64,000 nt of DNA. It comes from an uncultured cyanobacterium. Its GTDB lineage: Bacteria > Cyanobacteriota > Cyanobacteriia > Cyanobacteriales > Nostocaceae. The translations under genes were made by a program, and so were the position numbers. The notes beneath the pieces were generated by a model, which was not told the origin of the DNA, did no database searches, and worked only from the letters and a program-made list of their open reading frames with translations. Shown here piece after piece: positions 32,262 to 43,134 of this stretch (the stretch's first letter is position 1; every line of letters begins with the position of its first letter). The stretch covers positions 288,001 through 352,000 of the forward strand of contig CAVUDP010000002.1 of assembly GCA_963740315.1 (NCBI GenBank), read 5' to 3'.

Positions 32262-33689
32262 TCACTGTCTTTCCCGTACTCTACCTTTCCAGTTAATTGT
32301 CTGCTTTGTGGAGCGTTTACCCAAGGAGCGGATTGCTGAAACTTTGATGCGGACTTTTGTACCAACTTCTAATCCTTGTTGAGGAATTGGTAGTTTACCT
32401 AAAGCTAAAATAAAGCGGTTGTAATCTTGGTTTACGAATTCGGGGGGAATGTCGGCTTCGTATTCGCCTCCGCGATCGCCTATACTTTCATATTCTACCC
32501 GAAACCGTGTTTTAATAACCTCCGATTTGCGAGCTAAATCAACTAGACTTAATGTCAAATTTTCACCGCTACCTACAAAGTCGGCAACTGCTAATTCGGT
32601 AACTTCTTTTTCAGGAATGGCATTATTAACTACTAACTTTGTTAAATCGCCTTCTTGTTTTTTACTAATGTCAAGCCACAGTTTTTGAGGAAAATCAACT
32701 TCGATTTTACCGTCGTTGTTTAAGTTCAATTTGAGATTAGCTTTACTAAAATTACTTATTGGCTGCTTTTCTAGCCAAACTACCTGAAAATCTCTTTCTA
32801 TCCGCTTATCAAACTCGCTATATTTATCCGTAATTACCGAGCCTGGAGCGAGTAAAGAAATGGCACCATTACGATAAATCCAAAGATTTTTTGATAAACG
32901 AATTGATTTATTCTGCAACTCTGAAAAATTTAATCGTGCTTGGGGATTATCTGCTGCAAGCTGTGTTTTACCCTTAACTAAACTCAAATACCCCAAACTT
33001 CCTCTTTTTCCATCCTTACCATCCTCGCCATCGCGCCCATCGCTACCGCTGTAACATCTATATGTACGCTTTTTACACTTGTAATTAGCAGTACCTTTTT
33101 TCCCAGTACAGGATTTAACAGTCCAACTGCGGCGGCGACATCTGCAACCGATCGCACCATCACCACCGCGCCCACCGCGCCCTGATTCTGCTCCCTGGCT
33201 GCGAACAAAGATACTTCTTAAATCGGCAATATTACTGTAATAAACTCTTAAAGAACCGCCACTTCCACCGTTTCCACCTCTACCACCGTTGCCACCTTTA
33301 CCACCATCAGGTGCGTGTATATCCCCCTTGCGATCGCCCTTTACCTTGCCACCATATCGACGACGACAGCGAGCGCGATAGCCATCTTCACCATCCTCGC
33401 CATCTTCACCATCACTACCTGACAAATCCAAGCTTACAGGGGAGCCATCAGCAAATACAGTAGCGTCTCTACCACTGCGCCCACTTCTGCCACTGCGCCC
33501 ATTACTACCATCGCTGCCATCGCTATCGCCATATCTTCTATGATTATCGCGTCCATAATCTCTGGCTATTTTTCCAGACTTCTCCAAACATAAAAGCGTA
33601 TCGAATTCAGAAGCAGAAGCAGGTAAACCATTAGCCAACAAGCTAAATAAGAGTAAAAATGATAGCCTTTTCAAAACAAGCTTTAACAT
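32262..33689 (-). CDS. Secreted collagen-like (Gly-X-Y) protein
   Basis: Signal peptide; GSDGSNGRSGRSG and GEDGEDG triplets; Cys-rich basic segments. Confidence 0.85.
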   Translation of the reverse strand: MLKLVLKRLSFLLLFSLLANGLPASASEFDTLLCLEKSGKIARDYGRDNHRRYGDSDGSDGSNGRSGRSGRSGRDATVFADGSPVSLDLSGSDGEDGEDGEDGYRARCRRRYGGKVKGDRKGDIHAPDGGKGGNGGRGGNGGSGGSLRVYYSNIADLRSIFVRSQGAESGRGGRGGDGAIGCRCRRRSWTVKSCTGKKGTANYKCKKRTYRCYSGSDGRDGEDGKDGKRGSLGYLSLVKGKTQLAADNPQARLNFSELQNKSIRLSKNLWIYRNGAISLLAPGSVITDKYSEFDKRIERDFQVVWLEKQPISNFSKANLKLNLNNDGKIEVDFPQKLWLDISKKQEGDLTKLVVNNAIPEKEVTELAVADFVGSGENLTLSLVDLARKSEVIKTRFRVEYESIGDRGGEYEADIPPEFVNQDYNRFILALGKLPIPQQGLEVGTKVRIKVSAIRSLGKRSTKQTINWKGRVRERQ

Positions 33690-33956
33690 TTTAGATTCAT
33701 TAATAATTTAGTAGAGAATAATTTTAACCACCGAAATGAAAGTTTATTTTCCAGAATTTGATACAAAAAATCAAGTAAAAATTATACTTTTAAACTTCAA
33801 TTAAACTTAAATTAATATTTGTTTTCATTGGTTTCATTGAATTGATGAATATGATTCCATTTATTAAAGTCAGACTGAAAAAATATAATTTAGTGCCCTT
33901 ATTTAAAATAAAAAGCTGCTGAATGGTAATCTTCGCACTTTCTTGTTGCCAAAAAG

Positions 33957-34290
33957 GTTCGTAGTAAGCGCTTTAGCGCCTCCGGAGCGAGTACAGCCCT
34001 TACTACGAACCTATCAAAACTAATGAAAAGAACTACTAATACGGAGCCAGATTAAATATGATGGGTTCTACGTGCCGACTTTAATCCCAAATCCGGAGGG
34101 GGCTGAAGCCCTTACTACGAACCTATCAAAACTAATGAAAAGAACTACTAATACGGAGCCAGATTAAATATGATGGGTTCTACGTGCCGACTTTAATCCC
34201 AAATCCGGAGGGGGCTGAAGCCCTTACTACGAACCTATCAAAACTAATGAAAAGAACTACTAATACGGAGCCACATTAAATATGATGGGT
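33957..34290. repeat. REP-containing tandem repeat, 112-bp period (~2.6 copies)
   Basis: CCCTTACTACGAAC-CTATCAAAAC recurs, with CTATC at 34011, 34123 and 34235; same REP family as 26901-26954 and ~28437-28460. Confidence 0.92.
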
Positions 34291-34389
34291 AACACATTCG
34301 TAGTGCGTTAGCCAGACGCTCGCTGGTTGTAAAAACATCCTCTAAGAAGCTCCCACTACAAAAATTAATATTTTAGTTTTTAATTAACT

Positions 34390-35865
34390 TTGCGTAATCA
34401 TGACAAGCATCCATGTATTTATCATTACTATATATTTCACCCAACAATAGTAACCGTGATGCAACTACCATCATCTAACAATGAGCATGAAAATAACGAA
34501 TCCTCTGCACAATTACAAGAAGAAGTTGAACAGCTTTCTAATATCGCCGAAAATTCAGCATTTGACAGCAAAATGCAAACTAAAGTACAAAGCTTACTGG
34601 CTCAGATTAAAACGAGTCTGCAACAGCAGCAATTAAGTATAGAAATGCAGCGAGAGCTTGCTAGATTGCTAGGCTTAATGTCTACATTAGATTATCGCAA
34701 TCCTCAACAAGTTGATATTTTAGATTTAGCTATTTCAATTTTGCTGGAAAATAAAGAAAAAGAACATACTACCAAAAACTTTAAAAATTCTAATTTTCCG
34801 AATAAATTATCTGATAAAAATTCTCGAAACCTAGTTTTTATCCAAGAAGCGCGACGACAAATAGCAATTCAATCGCGAGAATATCCTCATCCTTTCAGCG
34901 CGATTATTAAAGGTACTGGGGGTGCTTATAATCGACTGCTTTCTGGTTTGAGTTGGTTTTTTATCATATTTGTAATTTGTCCCATTTTTGGAGGTGGATT
35001 AACCTTGTTTGCAAGAAGCCTTGTTATCGATAAAGAAAAAAATGTTCAGTTCGATACGATTAAACCGTTGATAGAAAAGTTAGACAAGACGCAGCAGCAA
35101 GCAACAAAAAACGATAGCCTTATTAACGATCTTAAAACTAGGCTTTCAAAAGTAAACCGGGAATTAGATTCATTAGAATCACAATTTAATAACGCTCAAG
35201 AGGGCGATAATAAGAGTCAGTTAAATCTTAATATTACCGAAACGGAAGAAACAATAAAAAATCTACAGGCAAATATCAAAAACGAGTTGGATTCCGTAAA
35301 TAAACAACAGGAATTGCTAAAAGAAACCAAAGAATCGGATATGCAGCCAGAAGAAACTCTTTCTAAAATGACAGATGTAGAGATAAAGCAACTTCAGTCA
35401 GAAAATACATATCAATATATTCTAAAGCTAATAAACGAGAAAGAAGGGAATTTAAATAACAGCAATTCCCGATCGAATTTTGTCAGGGAAGATTTTTTTG
35501 AAACCCGTATTTACTTTATTTTAGTAGCTGTTTCAATGGGTGCGTTAGGAAGTGCAGTCAGCATAATTGTACGTGCGAATAAATTTATCGAACAAGGTAA
35601 AGAAGGACAATCAGACTTATTTTTTACCGGCTTTTTCCGTCCGATTGTCGGTATGTCTTTTGCAATTTTCGCCGTAGCATTGATTGAATCTGGGGTATTT
35701 TCCGGTATTTTCCAAATCTCCGCACGCGAAAACCGTACCATTTATCTTTACATGGCGATCGCCTTTGTTGCTGGATTCAGCGAAAGACTTGTAGAAGACG
35801 TAGTTTTGAAAACCGAAAACACATTAACAGGCTTCTCCTCCCGCTCAAATAGATCGGATAGATAG
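34390..35865 (+). CDS. Membrane protein with extracytoplasmic coiled coil
   Basis: TM, long coiled coil, three C-terminal TMs with GALGS...RPIVG...AFVAGFSER; likely start ATG 34459. Confidence 0.75.
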   Translation: MRNHDKHPCIYHYYIFHPTIVTVMQLPSSNNEHENNESSAQLQEEVEQLSNIAENSAFDSKMQTKVQSLLAQIKTSLQQQQLSIEMQRELARLLGLMSTLDYRNPQQVDILDLAISILLENKEKEHTTKNFKNSNFPNKLSDKNSRNLVFIQEARRQIAIQSREYPHPFSAIIKGTGGAYNRLLSGLSWFFIIFVICPIFGGGLTLFARSLVIDKEKNVQFDTIKPLIEKLDKTQQQATKNDSLINDLKTRLSKVNRELDSLESQFNNAQEGDNKSQLNLNITETEETIKNLQANIKNELDSVNKQQELLKETKESDMQPEETLSKMTDVEIKQLQSENTYQYILKLINEKEGNLNNSNSRSNFVREDFFETRIYFILVAVSMGALGSAVSIIVRANKFIEQGKEGQSDLFFTGFFRPIVGMSFAIFAVALIESGVFSGIFQISARENRTIYLYMAIAFVAGFSERLVEDVVLKTENTLTGFSSRSNRSDR

Positions 35866-35893
35866 TATTATTAACCTCTTCAACCTTTAACCT

Positions 35894-37012
35894 TTAACCT
35901 TTATCGATCGCAGAATCATCTACTATAATATCTGGATTTGTTGGATTAACCTGTACAAAAGCAAGATTAGTTTCTTGTTTACTACCATCCTTTAATTGCC
36001 AGTGGTTAAGAACATCTTTGACTAAAATTTCTTGGATAAATATTTGCAGGATAAGTACTAAAGGAATTGCCAGAAATACACCAAGAAAGCCAAAGAAATT
36101 AGCAAATATTACCACGGCTAATAAAGTTACTACGGGTAATAAAGAAACCTGTGTTCTCATTACCAAAGGTACAACAATCAAACTTTCAACCTGCTGAATG
36201 CCGAAATATAGTGCAACTACAGCAAGAGCTTTCCAAGGTGCATCGAGTAATGCCAATAACAGCGGTGGAACTAAACTCAATGTCGGACCAACGTTAGGAA
36301 TAAATTCTAAGAATCCAGCTATAATTGCATTAATTAACGGTAGCCGCACGCCTAAAATTAATAATCCAATGTAGCTCAAACCACCGATAAGAAACATGGT
36401 AAGCAGCGTACCTTTGATCCAACCGACTAAATAGTGTTCGCACTTATCAATAATTTCGCCCATACGGTTACGATAAAAGGCTGGGAAAAGCATGATAAAA
36501 CCGCTTCGATAGGGCGTAGGATCTATCAAAAGCATTATTGTTAAAACTAAGAAAAGTAAAAAATTTAAAACAATGTTTAACGACTGACTTAATATGAGAA
36601 TAAAGTTTCCTAAAATTCTATCTAACCAAGTTTCTAAACCTTGAGTTAAATATTTTAAACCTTGAATTTCATCTAAAACTTGTTCGGGAATTACGTTCAA
36701 AAGCCAATCATTCCACGTCCGCACTTGTGCTAAAACTGTTGGTACTAAAGAAGTAAATTCGCGCAATTGTTCAATAATTCGTGGGGCAATCAACGCGAAA
36801 AAGCCCGCAACCATTGTGAGTAGCAAAATAACTGATATCCCAACTGCAAGCCCTCGTGGAATACGAATTTTATGTAATGCTTTAACAACTTGATTTAAAG
36901 CGGTTGCTAACACTATCGCAGCAAAGACTATCAATAAAACTTGTCTAATTTGCCACAAGATATATATTGATACGACAAAAGCAAATAAGCCAATCCATTT
37001 TCCAAAACGCAC
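35894..37012 (-). CDS. AI-2E family transporter
   Basis: GFLEFIPNVGP, QQVESLIVVPLVM, GFLGVFLAIP. Confidence 0.92.
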   Translation of the reverse strand: MRFGKWIGLFAFVVSIYILWQIRQVLLIVFAAIVLATALNQVVKALHKIRIPRGLAVGISVILLLTMVAGFFALIAPRIIEQLREFTSLVPTVLAQVRTWNDWLLNVIPEQVLDEIQGLKYLTQGLETWLDRILGNFILILSQSLNIVLNFLLFLVLTIMLLIDPTPYRSGFIMLFPAFYRNRMGEIIDKCEHYLVGWIKGTLLTMFLIGGLSYIGLLILGVRLPLINAIIAGFLEFIPNVGPTLSLVPPLLLALLDAPWKALAVVALYFGIQQVESLIVVPLVMRTQVSLLPVVTLLAVVIFANFFGFLGVFLAIPLVLILQIFIQEILVKDVLNHWQLKDGSKQETNLAFVQVNPTNPDIIVDDSAIDKG

Positions 37013-37270
37013 AAAACGCCTCCGTGTTTACCCAGTTTTTACCAATTTATATGTAGAATATCCGCGATTTGGATTCGTGTCTTCCTCCTGAAGTAAGTAA
37101 CATTTTACCCGGAATAGAAACAAAAATAAGCAATATCCATCTCTAGAAAGACCAAAATAGTTGTTTATCAAAGTAATGTGGAGTAATAAAGTGTTTAACT
37201 ACTAATAGTTTTGATTTTCTCCACAGGATTATCGTGCTTATTGGAAAACTGAAATACCATTTATAGAATC

Positions 37271-39292
37271 ATGATATTTGTAAAGTGGATCGAGCGCATA
37301 TGTATTGGCTTTATCGGATTTATTCTATTTTTATCTCTTTCTGGCTTAACTAGTTTCGCTAGAGATGTACCTACTCAATTTCCTCCACCTGTAAATTCTC
37401 AGCAACAGCAGCCTACACAACCGCAACCACCTGTAACACCATCTGACTCCGCACCAGGTTTAAGTAACCCGCAAGAATTTACTGCATGGGTGGATAAATT
37501 TATGGATGATGAGATGTCAAAGTCTCATATTCCTGGAGCAGTTATTTCTATAGTTAAAGACGGTAAAGTATTTTTTACTAAAGGTTATGGTTATGCAAAT
37601 GTAGAGAAAAATATTCCGGTAGATGCGGATAAAACTTTGTTTCGTGTTGCTTCTCTCTCCAAATTATTTACAGCAACAGCAGCAATGCAGCTATCTGAGG
37701 GGGGAAAATTGGATATAAAGAGTAACGCAAATCAATATTTGAAAAAATTTAAAATCAAAAATCCTTTTCCGCAACCCGTAACCGCAGCCCAAATGATGAT
37801 GCATACCGATGGTACTACCAAACGACGCATCGGACTTGCAGCACCCACACCGGAAAAAATGTTACCTTTAGGCGATTACTTAGCTAAGTATATGCCCGCG
37901 ATCGAGTGGCAGCCCGGTACACTTTACAGTTATTCGAGTCATAGTACTGCTTTATTAGGTTATTTAGTAGAAACAATTTCTCAAACTCCCTTCGTTGAAT
38001 ACATCGACAAAAATATTTTGCAACCGCTGTCGATGCGCCGCACTACTTTTCTGCAACCCCCACCACCAGATTTAGCAGATAATTTAGCTACGGGTTATCA
38101 GTATAAAAAAGGTAAATATCAAGCCGTTCCCTATCTGTATTTAAATATTGCACCAGCAGCGGCGATAAGTACAACAGCTACAGATATGACTCACTTTATG
38201 AATGCATATTTGCAGTATGGGCGCTATCAAGATAAGCGCATTCTTAAAGAAAATACTGTGCGCGAAATGCTCACAAGACACTTCACCCATCATCCATTAT
38301 TACCGGGTACTGGTTACAGTTTCCGCGAACGTTGGGTAAATAATATTCGCACTTGGGGACATTTAGGAAGTTTGCGGGGATATTCTGCTTCTCTTACTTT
38401 AATGCCAGAACAAAATATTGGTATTTTTATTGCTAACAACAGCTTTACTGGCTTAAGTAGTCCATTCCTAAACCAATTTTTTGACAAATATTTTCCAGTT
38501 ACAAAACCACCTGCATACCCTAAAATTCCATTAAGTCAACAGCAATTAGAAAGATTTACAGGTAATTATCGCGATGTTGAATATCCCCGCAATACTTTTG
38601 CAAAAGTAACTGCACCATTTAAAGATATTAATATTAAACAAGGTGATAAAGGTGATTTAATTATAGATGCTCCAAAACTCTTTTTTGTAAGCAAAATACC
38701 CGATAAAGAATTAATACCAATTGATAAACTATTATTTAGACGACCATCAGATAATGCTTTTACAGCCTTTGGTGATAAAAATGGGAAAATATTTGCATTT
38801 AATCCGCTTTTTCCGAAAATAGGAGCTTACGAGAAAATTGCTTGGTATGAAACTATTTGGGTACAGCTTGGTATTGCAGCTTTTTGTACAATTGTGTTTC
38901 TTTCAGCTTTCATTACGTATCCGATTATTCCAATTATTCGGGGTTTACAAGGAAAGTCTGGTAAATTTGAACGTCATTTTTACGGAGCTTGGATAATAGC
39001 TGGTTTGGTAGGTACTTTAAATTTAGTATTTTTAATTGGCTTACCTTTATCGTTATGGCTTATCGGTTTTTGGAAATTAGCTTATGGTGTACCTACGATA
39101 GTAATTGCTTTATTAGCACTACCATTAATAAGCACTTTTTTGACTTTGGCATTATTCATATTTTCTATAGTAGTTTGGAAATATAAATATTGGTCGATAT
39201 TTGGACGGTTGCATTATTCTTTGATTACTTTAGCTGCATTGATGTTCGTTCCTTTCCTAGCTTATTGGAATCTTTTAGGTTTTCAATTTTAA
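37271..39292 (+). CDS. Serine hydrolase (beta-lactamase class C-like) with C-terminal TMs
   Basis: FRVASLSK (SxxK), YSYS, WGHLG; signal peptide; three C-terminal TMs. Confidence 0.9.
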   Translation: MIFVKWIERICIGFIGFILFLSLSGLTSFARDVPTQFPPPVNSQQQQPTQPQPPVTPSDSAPGLSNPQEFTAWVDKFMDDEMSKSHIPGAVISIVKDGKVFFTKGYGYANVEKNIPVDADKTLFRVASLSKLFTATAAMQLSEGGKLDIKSNANQYLKKFKIKNPFPQPVTAAQMMMHTDGTTKRRIGLAAPTPEKMLPLGDYLAKYMPAIEWQPGTLYSYSSHSTALLGYLVETISQTPFVEYIDKNILQPLSMRRTTFLQPPPPDLADNLATGYQYKKGKYQAVPYLYLNIAPAAAISTTATDMTHFMNAYLQYGRYQDKRILKENTVREMLTRHFTHHPLLPGTGYSFRERWVNNIRTWGHLGSLRGYSASLTLMPEQNIGIFIANNSFTGLSSPFLNQFFDKYFPVTKPPAYPKIPLSQQQLERFTGNYRDVEYPRNTFAKVTAPFKDINIKQGDKGDLIIDAPKLFFVSKIPDKELIPIDKLLFRRPSDNAFTAFGDKNGKIFAFNPLFPKIGAYEKIAWYETIWVQLGIAAFCTIVFLSAFITYPIIPIIRGLQGKSGKFERHFYGAWIIAGLVGTLNLVFLIGLPLSLWLIGFWKLAYGVPTIVIALLALPLISTFLTLALFIFSIVVWKYKYWSIFGRLHYSLITLAALMFVPFLAYWNLLGFQF

Positions 39293-39531
39293 GTAGGATA
39301 ATTGCAAACTAAAACCCCCCTTTTCTAGGGATAACCACTGCATGGGGGAGTAAATGCTTAAAATACTTATATCGTTTCAATACATTTCTGCGTTACGACG
39401 CAACTTTTATTTTCTAATTCACGATATTATGCGTCTAACACACCCTATTAGTACTAAGTTTTATATTCAATCTCTCCAGATTATCTTTTTAGTATATAAT
39501 TATAAAAATCTACGATAAAACTTCTAAAATC

Positions 39532-39866
39532 ATGGACTTAAATAAGATTCCTCAACAAAGTAAGAAAGCCGCTGAAGATTTAGTAGACAATGTAAAAAAA
39601 AAGGACAAGAAGTTGTTGAGAATATTTCTGAAGTAACTAAGAATAAAGCTGAGGATATTACTGAAGAAGCTATCGTTACAGCAGTTGATAAAGCACTTAA
39701 TATAATTGAAATTGCCAGTCAGAGAGTAAAAGAAAAACAAGTTACTGCTGAAAATGTGTCTTTAGAAGTCAATTTAAAAATTGTCGGAGTAGCTGAAATA
39801 AAAATGCGGGCACATATACCAACTTCAGACGGAAAAAATGAAATTATTGATGTTAATCTCTCTTAA
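39532..39866 (+). pseudogene. ~111-aa protein gene split by a frameshift in an A9 tract (pseudogene, recoded gene or sequencing error)
   Basis: MDLNKIPQQSKKAAEDLVDNVKK in frame 0; the -1 frame continues GQEVVENISEVTKNKAEDITEEAIVTAVDKAL...IDVNLS*; A9 at 39594-39602. Confidence 0.75.
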
Positions 39867-39963
39867 TTAAACCTATAAAATTAACGCAACTTCCGAAATT
39901 GGTGCGCTACGACGCAATTTATATTTTTATCAATGCCTCTAACGCACCCTACTAGCTAATTCT

Positions 39964-41022
39964 TCAATTGCTACGAATAGTCATCCTACGGTTATTATTC
40001 GGTTTCCAATCATTCAAAATATCTTTTACCAAAAGTTCTCTTAACCAAACTTGAGAAACAACTACTAAAGGTAAAGCTAAAAACAAACCCAACAATCCAA
40101 AAAACACGGCAAAAGCAACTTGCGATAATAAAGTAATGGCAGGTAACAAAGAAACTTCCCGCTTCATTACCAAAGGTGTCAGAATATTACTTTCAGTTTG
40201 CTGAATAATTATGTAAAGAACAACTACAGCCAAAGCTTTCCAAGGTGCTACAGTTAAAGCCATTACAGCAGGAGGAATTACGCTCAAAGTTGGTCCTAAA
40301 TTGGGAATAAATGTTAATAACCCCGCCAATACAGCATTTACAAAAGGTAAAGGCACTCCCAAAAAAAATAAACCTATTAAACTTAGCGTTGTTATAACTG
40401 CCATGTTAAATACAATGCCAATAAACCAACCTACTAAAGATTCTTCGCATTGCGAAAGTATTTCCGAGGCACGGGAACGATAAAACCCCGGAAATAGCAA
40501 TAAAAAAACCTCTCTGTAAGCAGAAGGATTGGCTAAAAGCATAATGGTGACAACAATCACTAATAGCAAATTTAATATAAAATCAAGAGAGTTTGAAAAG
40601 ACTTTAAAAAAGCCTCCAAACCAATTAGAATCTGAACTGAGTAATCGTTGCCAAAAATTTTCTAAACTACCAATATCGTTCAGTACTTCTCCGGGAATTA
40701 TATTTTGTAACCAGCTATAACCATCTCTTAATTGTTCAAATCCTCGATCGACTAACTTGTTAGATTCTGGTATTTTATCAATAACAGACGGTACAATAAT
40801 TGCAGCAAGTCCAATCAAACCTGCCAATATCAGGAAAATTGAAGCAGCAACGGCAAACCCCCGCTTCATGTGAAGACGAGACTGAATTATTTTTACCAAT
40901 CTATTAATAACCGTCGCAAAAGCTACTGCTGTAAATCCTAATAGCAATACTTGTCTTATCTGCCATAAAACATATAAAACAACAGCAAACAATAGGAAGC
41001 CAATCAATTTCCCGAAGCGCAA
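39964..41022 (-). CDS. AI-2E family transporter (paralogue)
   Basis: LLTFIPNLGP, QQTESNILTPLVM; N-terminus MRFGK shared with 35894-37012. Confidence 0.92.
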   Translation of the reverse strand: MRFGKLIGFLLFAVVLYVLWQIRQVLLLGFTAVAFATVINRLVKIIQSRLHMKRGFAVAASIFLILAGLIGLAAIIVPSVIDKIPESNKLVDRGFEQLRDGYSWLQNIIPGEVLNDIGSLENFWQRLLSSDSNWFGGFFKVFSNSLDFILNLLLVIVVTIMLLANPSAYREVFLLLFPGFYRSRASEILSQCEESLVGWFIGIVFNMAVITTLSLIGLFFLGVPLPFVNAVLAGLLTFIPNLGPTLSVIPPAVMALTVAPWKALAVVVLYIIIQQTESNILTPLVMKREVSLLPAITLLSQVAFAVFFGLLGLFLALPLVVVSQVWLRELLVKDILNDWKPNNNRRMTIRSN

Positions 41023-41046
41023 ATTATTACCTCCATTATTTAAAAA

Positions 41047-41607
41047 CTATTTCTCTAACCATTCAACTAAGCCTAAAGAATTAACGCTACCCAAAAAATG
41101 AGCGCCAATAATAGTTACATTTGCAAGCACGAGAAGTAAATCTACAGAGCGTACTACTGTTTCAGGATTATAAACTGCTGCTCCCTGGGGTTGAGCAAGA
41201 GTCTTTGCTAAAACGGCAATTACTGTTTCTTCAGTGGCTAAGAAACCTAAGCCAATTCCTACCAAACTAATAATTAAGCCAATATGCAAAACTCTAATAA
41301 CTTCTTCTTTCTTAGGGTGTAAATTAGTATCGAATAACTGCAACCGCTTGGCTAAACGAGTGTAACGATAAGCCCAAAAAATTCGGAAACCTACCGCAAG
41401 TACCCCACATACTCCTAAAAATATTCCGAATCCAATAAAAGGACTATTTATTGCGCTGAAATTACGGCTGAAGATAACTAATAACAACATGATTCCAGCA
41501 GTCAAACCTAAAACTAAATGAATCCAAAAGCTGATTCTACCGAGTAAGCGAAAGGTACCGGCAAATTCTTGTTTGCTGGGGGAAGATAAAGCTGTTTTTG
41601 ATTGCAT
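41047..41607 (-). CDS. DUF3611 family (Tic21-like) membrane protein
   Basis: GRISFWIHLVL, LAKTLAQPQG, NVTIIGAHFLG. Confidence 0.8.
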   Translation of the reverse strand: MQSKTALSSPSKQEFAGTFRLLGRISFWIHLVLGLTAGIMLLLVIFSRNFSAINSPFIGFGIFLGVCGVLAVGFRIFWAYRYTRLAKRLQLFDTNLHPKKEEVIRVLHIGLIISLVGIGLGFLATEETVIAVLAKTLAQPQGAAVYNPETVVRSVDLLLVLANVTIIGAHFLGSVNSLGLVEWLEK

Positions 41608-41811
41608 TGATGTTTTCTCCTTTACTATATTTAGTCAATTTATCGAAAATTAAAAATTATATTAAATATTAGTTTATCTATGATTATTTAAGTAATTCTT
41701 CCTTCAAAAGATAGATAATATAGTAAAAAATGCGTACAAAATAGGGGCTTCCATTCATGAAAACCCCTATTTATAAAAATCTATTTAGATAAGCGATGTA
41801 AAAACATCAAC

Positions 41812-42624
41812 TTATTTTTCGAGTGAATTAGGTAATGCTGAAGGATAGATATTCTTAACTACCAAAACGGGCTTATCTTTGTAGTCTGCTTCTAATTTAC
41901 TCTTGACACCATCATCCCAAGTAAATTTGTAATCTCTTTCCAAGTCAGCAACTACAAACTTTTGCAAAGTACCTGTAGCAACAACAGTTTCACCTGCTTT
42001 CACATTCTTTGAATAAGGAACTACATCTTTATCATCTGGTACCAAAACTAATAGCTTATCAGCACCAATCAACTTATCATCAAGAGTAAATACATTATTG
42101 CCATTGCCAGTTACATCTTCAATCTTACCCGGTACCGCAATCACTTTATTATAGTAGTTGTCAGGGCTTGATGTAATTTGACCGGGTTGTGGTGCTAGCG
42201 CGATCGACTGAGCAACCATTGCTGCCTTACCCTCAAATTTTGCATAATCTTTCGAGTCAAGGTTTAACTTATAATCTTTGTTAAAATTATCAGTGCCATA
42301 CTTTTTCACTTCACCCGTAATTTGCAACTCTGTATCTTCGGGTAGTGGTTGAGTATCTCCTGTTGCATTTACAACTAAGATGGTATCTCCACCAAAAAAG
42401 TCATCGTCGGTAACGGCAAATGTAGTGTCACTAATTTTATTTATAGCGTTAGTTCTGATAGTTACACTTTGACCTATTAGTTTATCGGTTTTATCCGCAA
42501 CTTCTTCAGCAGTAACGTTTTCTCTTTCTTGTTGTGTTGTATTATCTGCTGTTTCCGCACAAGCTGGAAGAATTACCGCAGCTAATGCCAATGCCAAAGC
42601 TTTTGAACGAAATCTATTTAACAT
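41812..42624 (-). CDS. Lipoprotein with two repeated OB-fold-like domains
   Basis: Lipobox LPAC; internal duplication (DKLIGQSVTI.../DNYYNKVIAV...). Confidence 0.75.
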   Translation of the reverse strand: MLNRFRSKALALALAAVILPACAETADNTTQQERENVTAEEVADKTDKLIGQSVTIRTNAINKISDTTFAVTDDDFFGGDTILVVNATGDTQPLPEDTELQITGEVKKYGTDNFNKDYKLNLDSKDYAKFEGKAAMVAQSIALAPQPGQITSSPDNYYNKVIAVPGKIEDVTGNGNNVFTLDDKLIGADKLLVLVPDDKDVVPYSKNVKAGETVVATGTLQKFVVADLERDYKFTWDDGVKSKLEADYKDKPVLVVKNIYPSALPNSLEK

Positions 42625-43134
42625 GAAAAATTCTACTCCTCAAAATTGTATGTATGAATTAAATAATTGCAGTTATGCCTCATTGCTTAAATGCATTATC
42701 TGAAATGGCGATTATAGATTATTCTGTAAATTTTTCCTATCCTCCCCACACTGCTTCTAAATAGTTATTTATAGATTTGCAGCCATATAAAAATTAACCA
42801 CTTTTTTTTAGATAGGTGATGGTTCGCAACATTTCAGACATTTAACTCTGTCAAGAATAAAACATATAAAGCAAATTGGCTTCTACCTTAAGAAAGAAGC
42901 AAAAGACAAGCAAAATATGTGTATCCCGAAAATAAATTGATTTTTTGATTCTGAATCTATGTAAGTCGTCAAAACCTCAAATTAATCAAAGTTTAACCAT
43001 TTATTATCTATTAAGATAGTATTATTGCACTCTTGTCAACATTTTAAAGGCATAATATTAAATAAGTCTTTAGATAGATTAAAAAATATTATGCTTACTG
43101 TAAATAACTTTTGTAAAACCTTGACTCCCAACTC

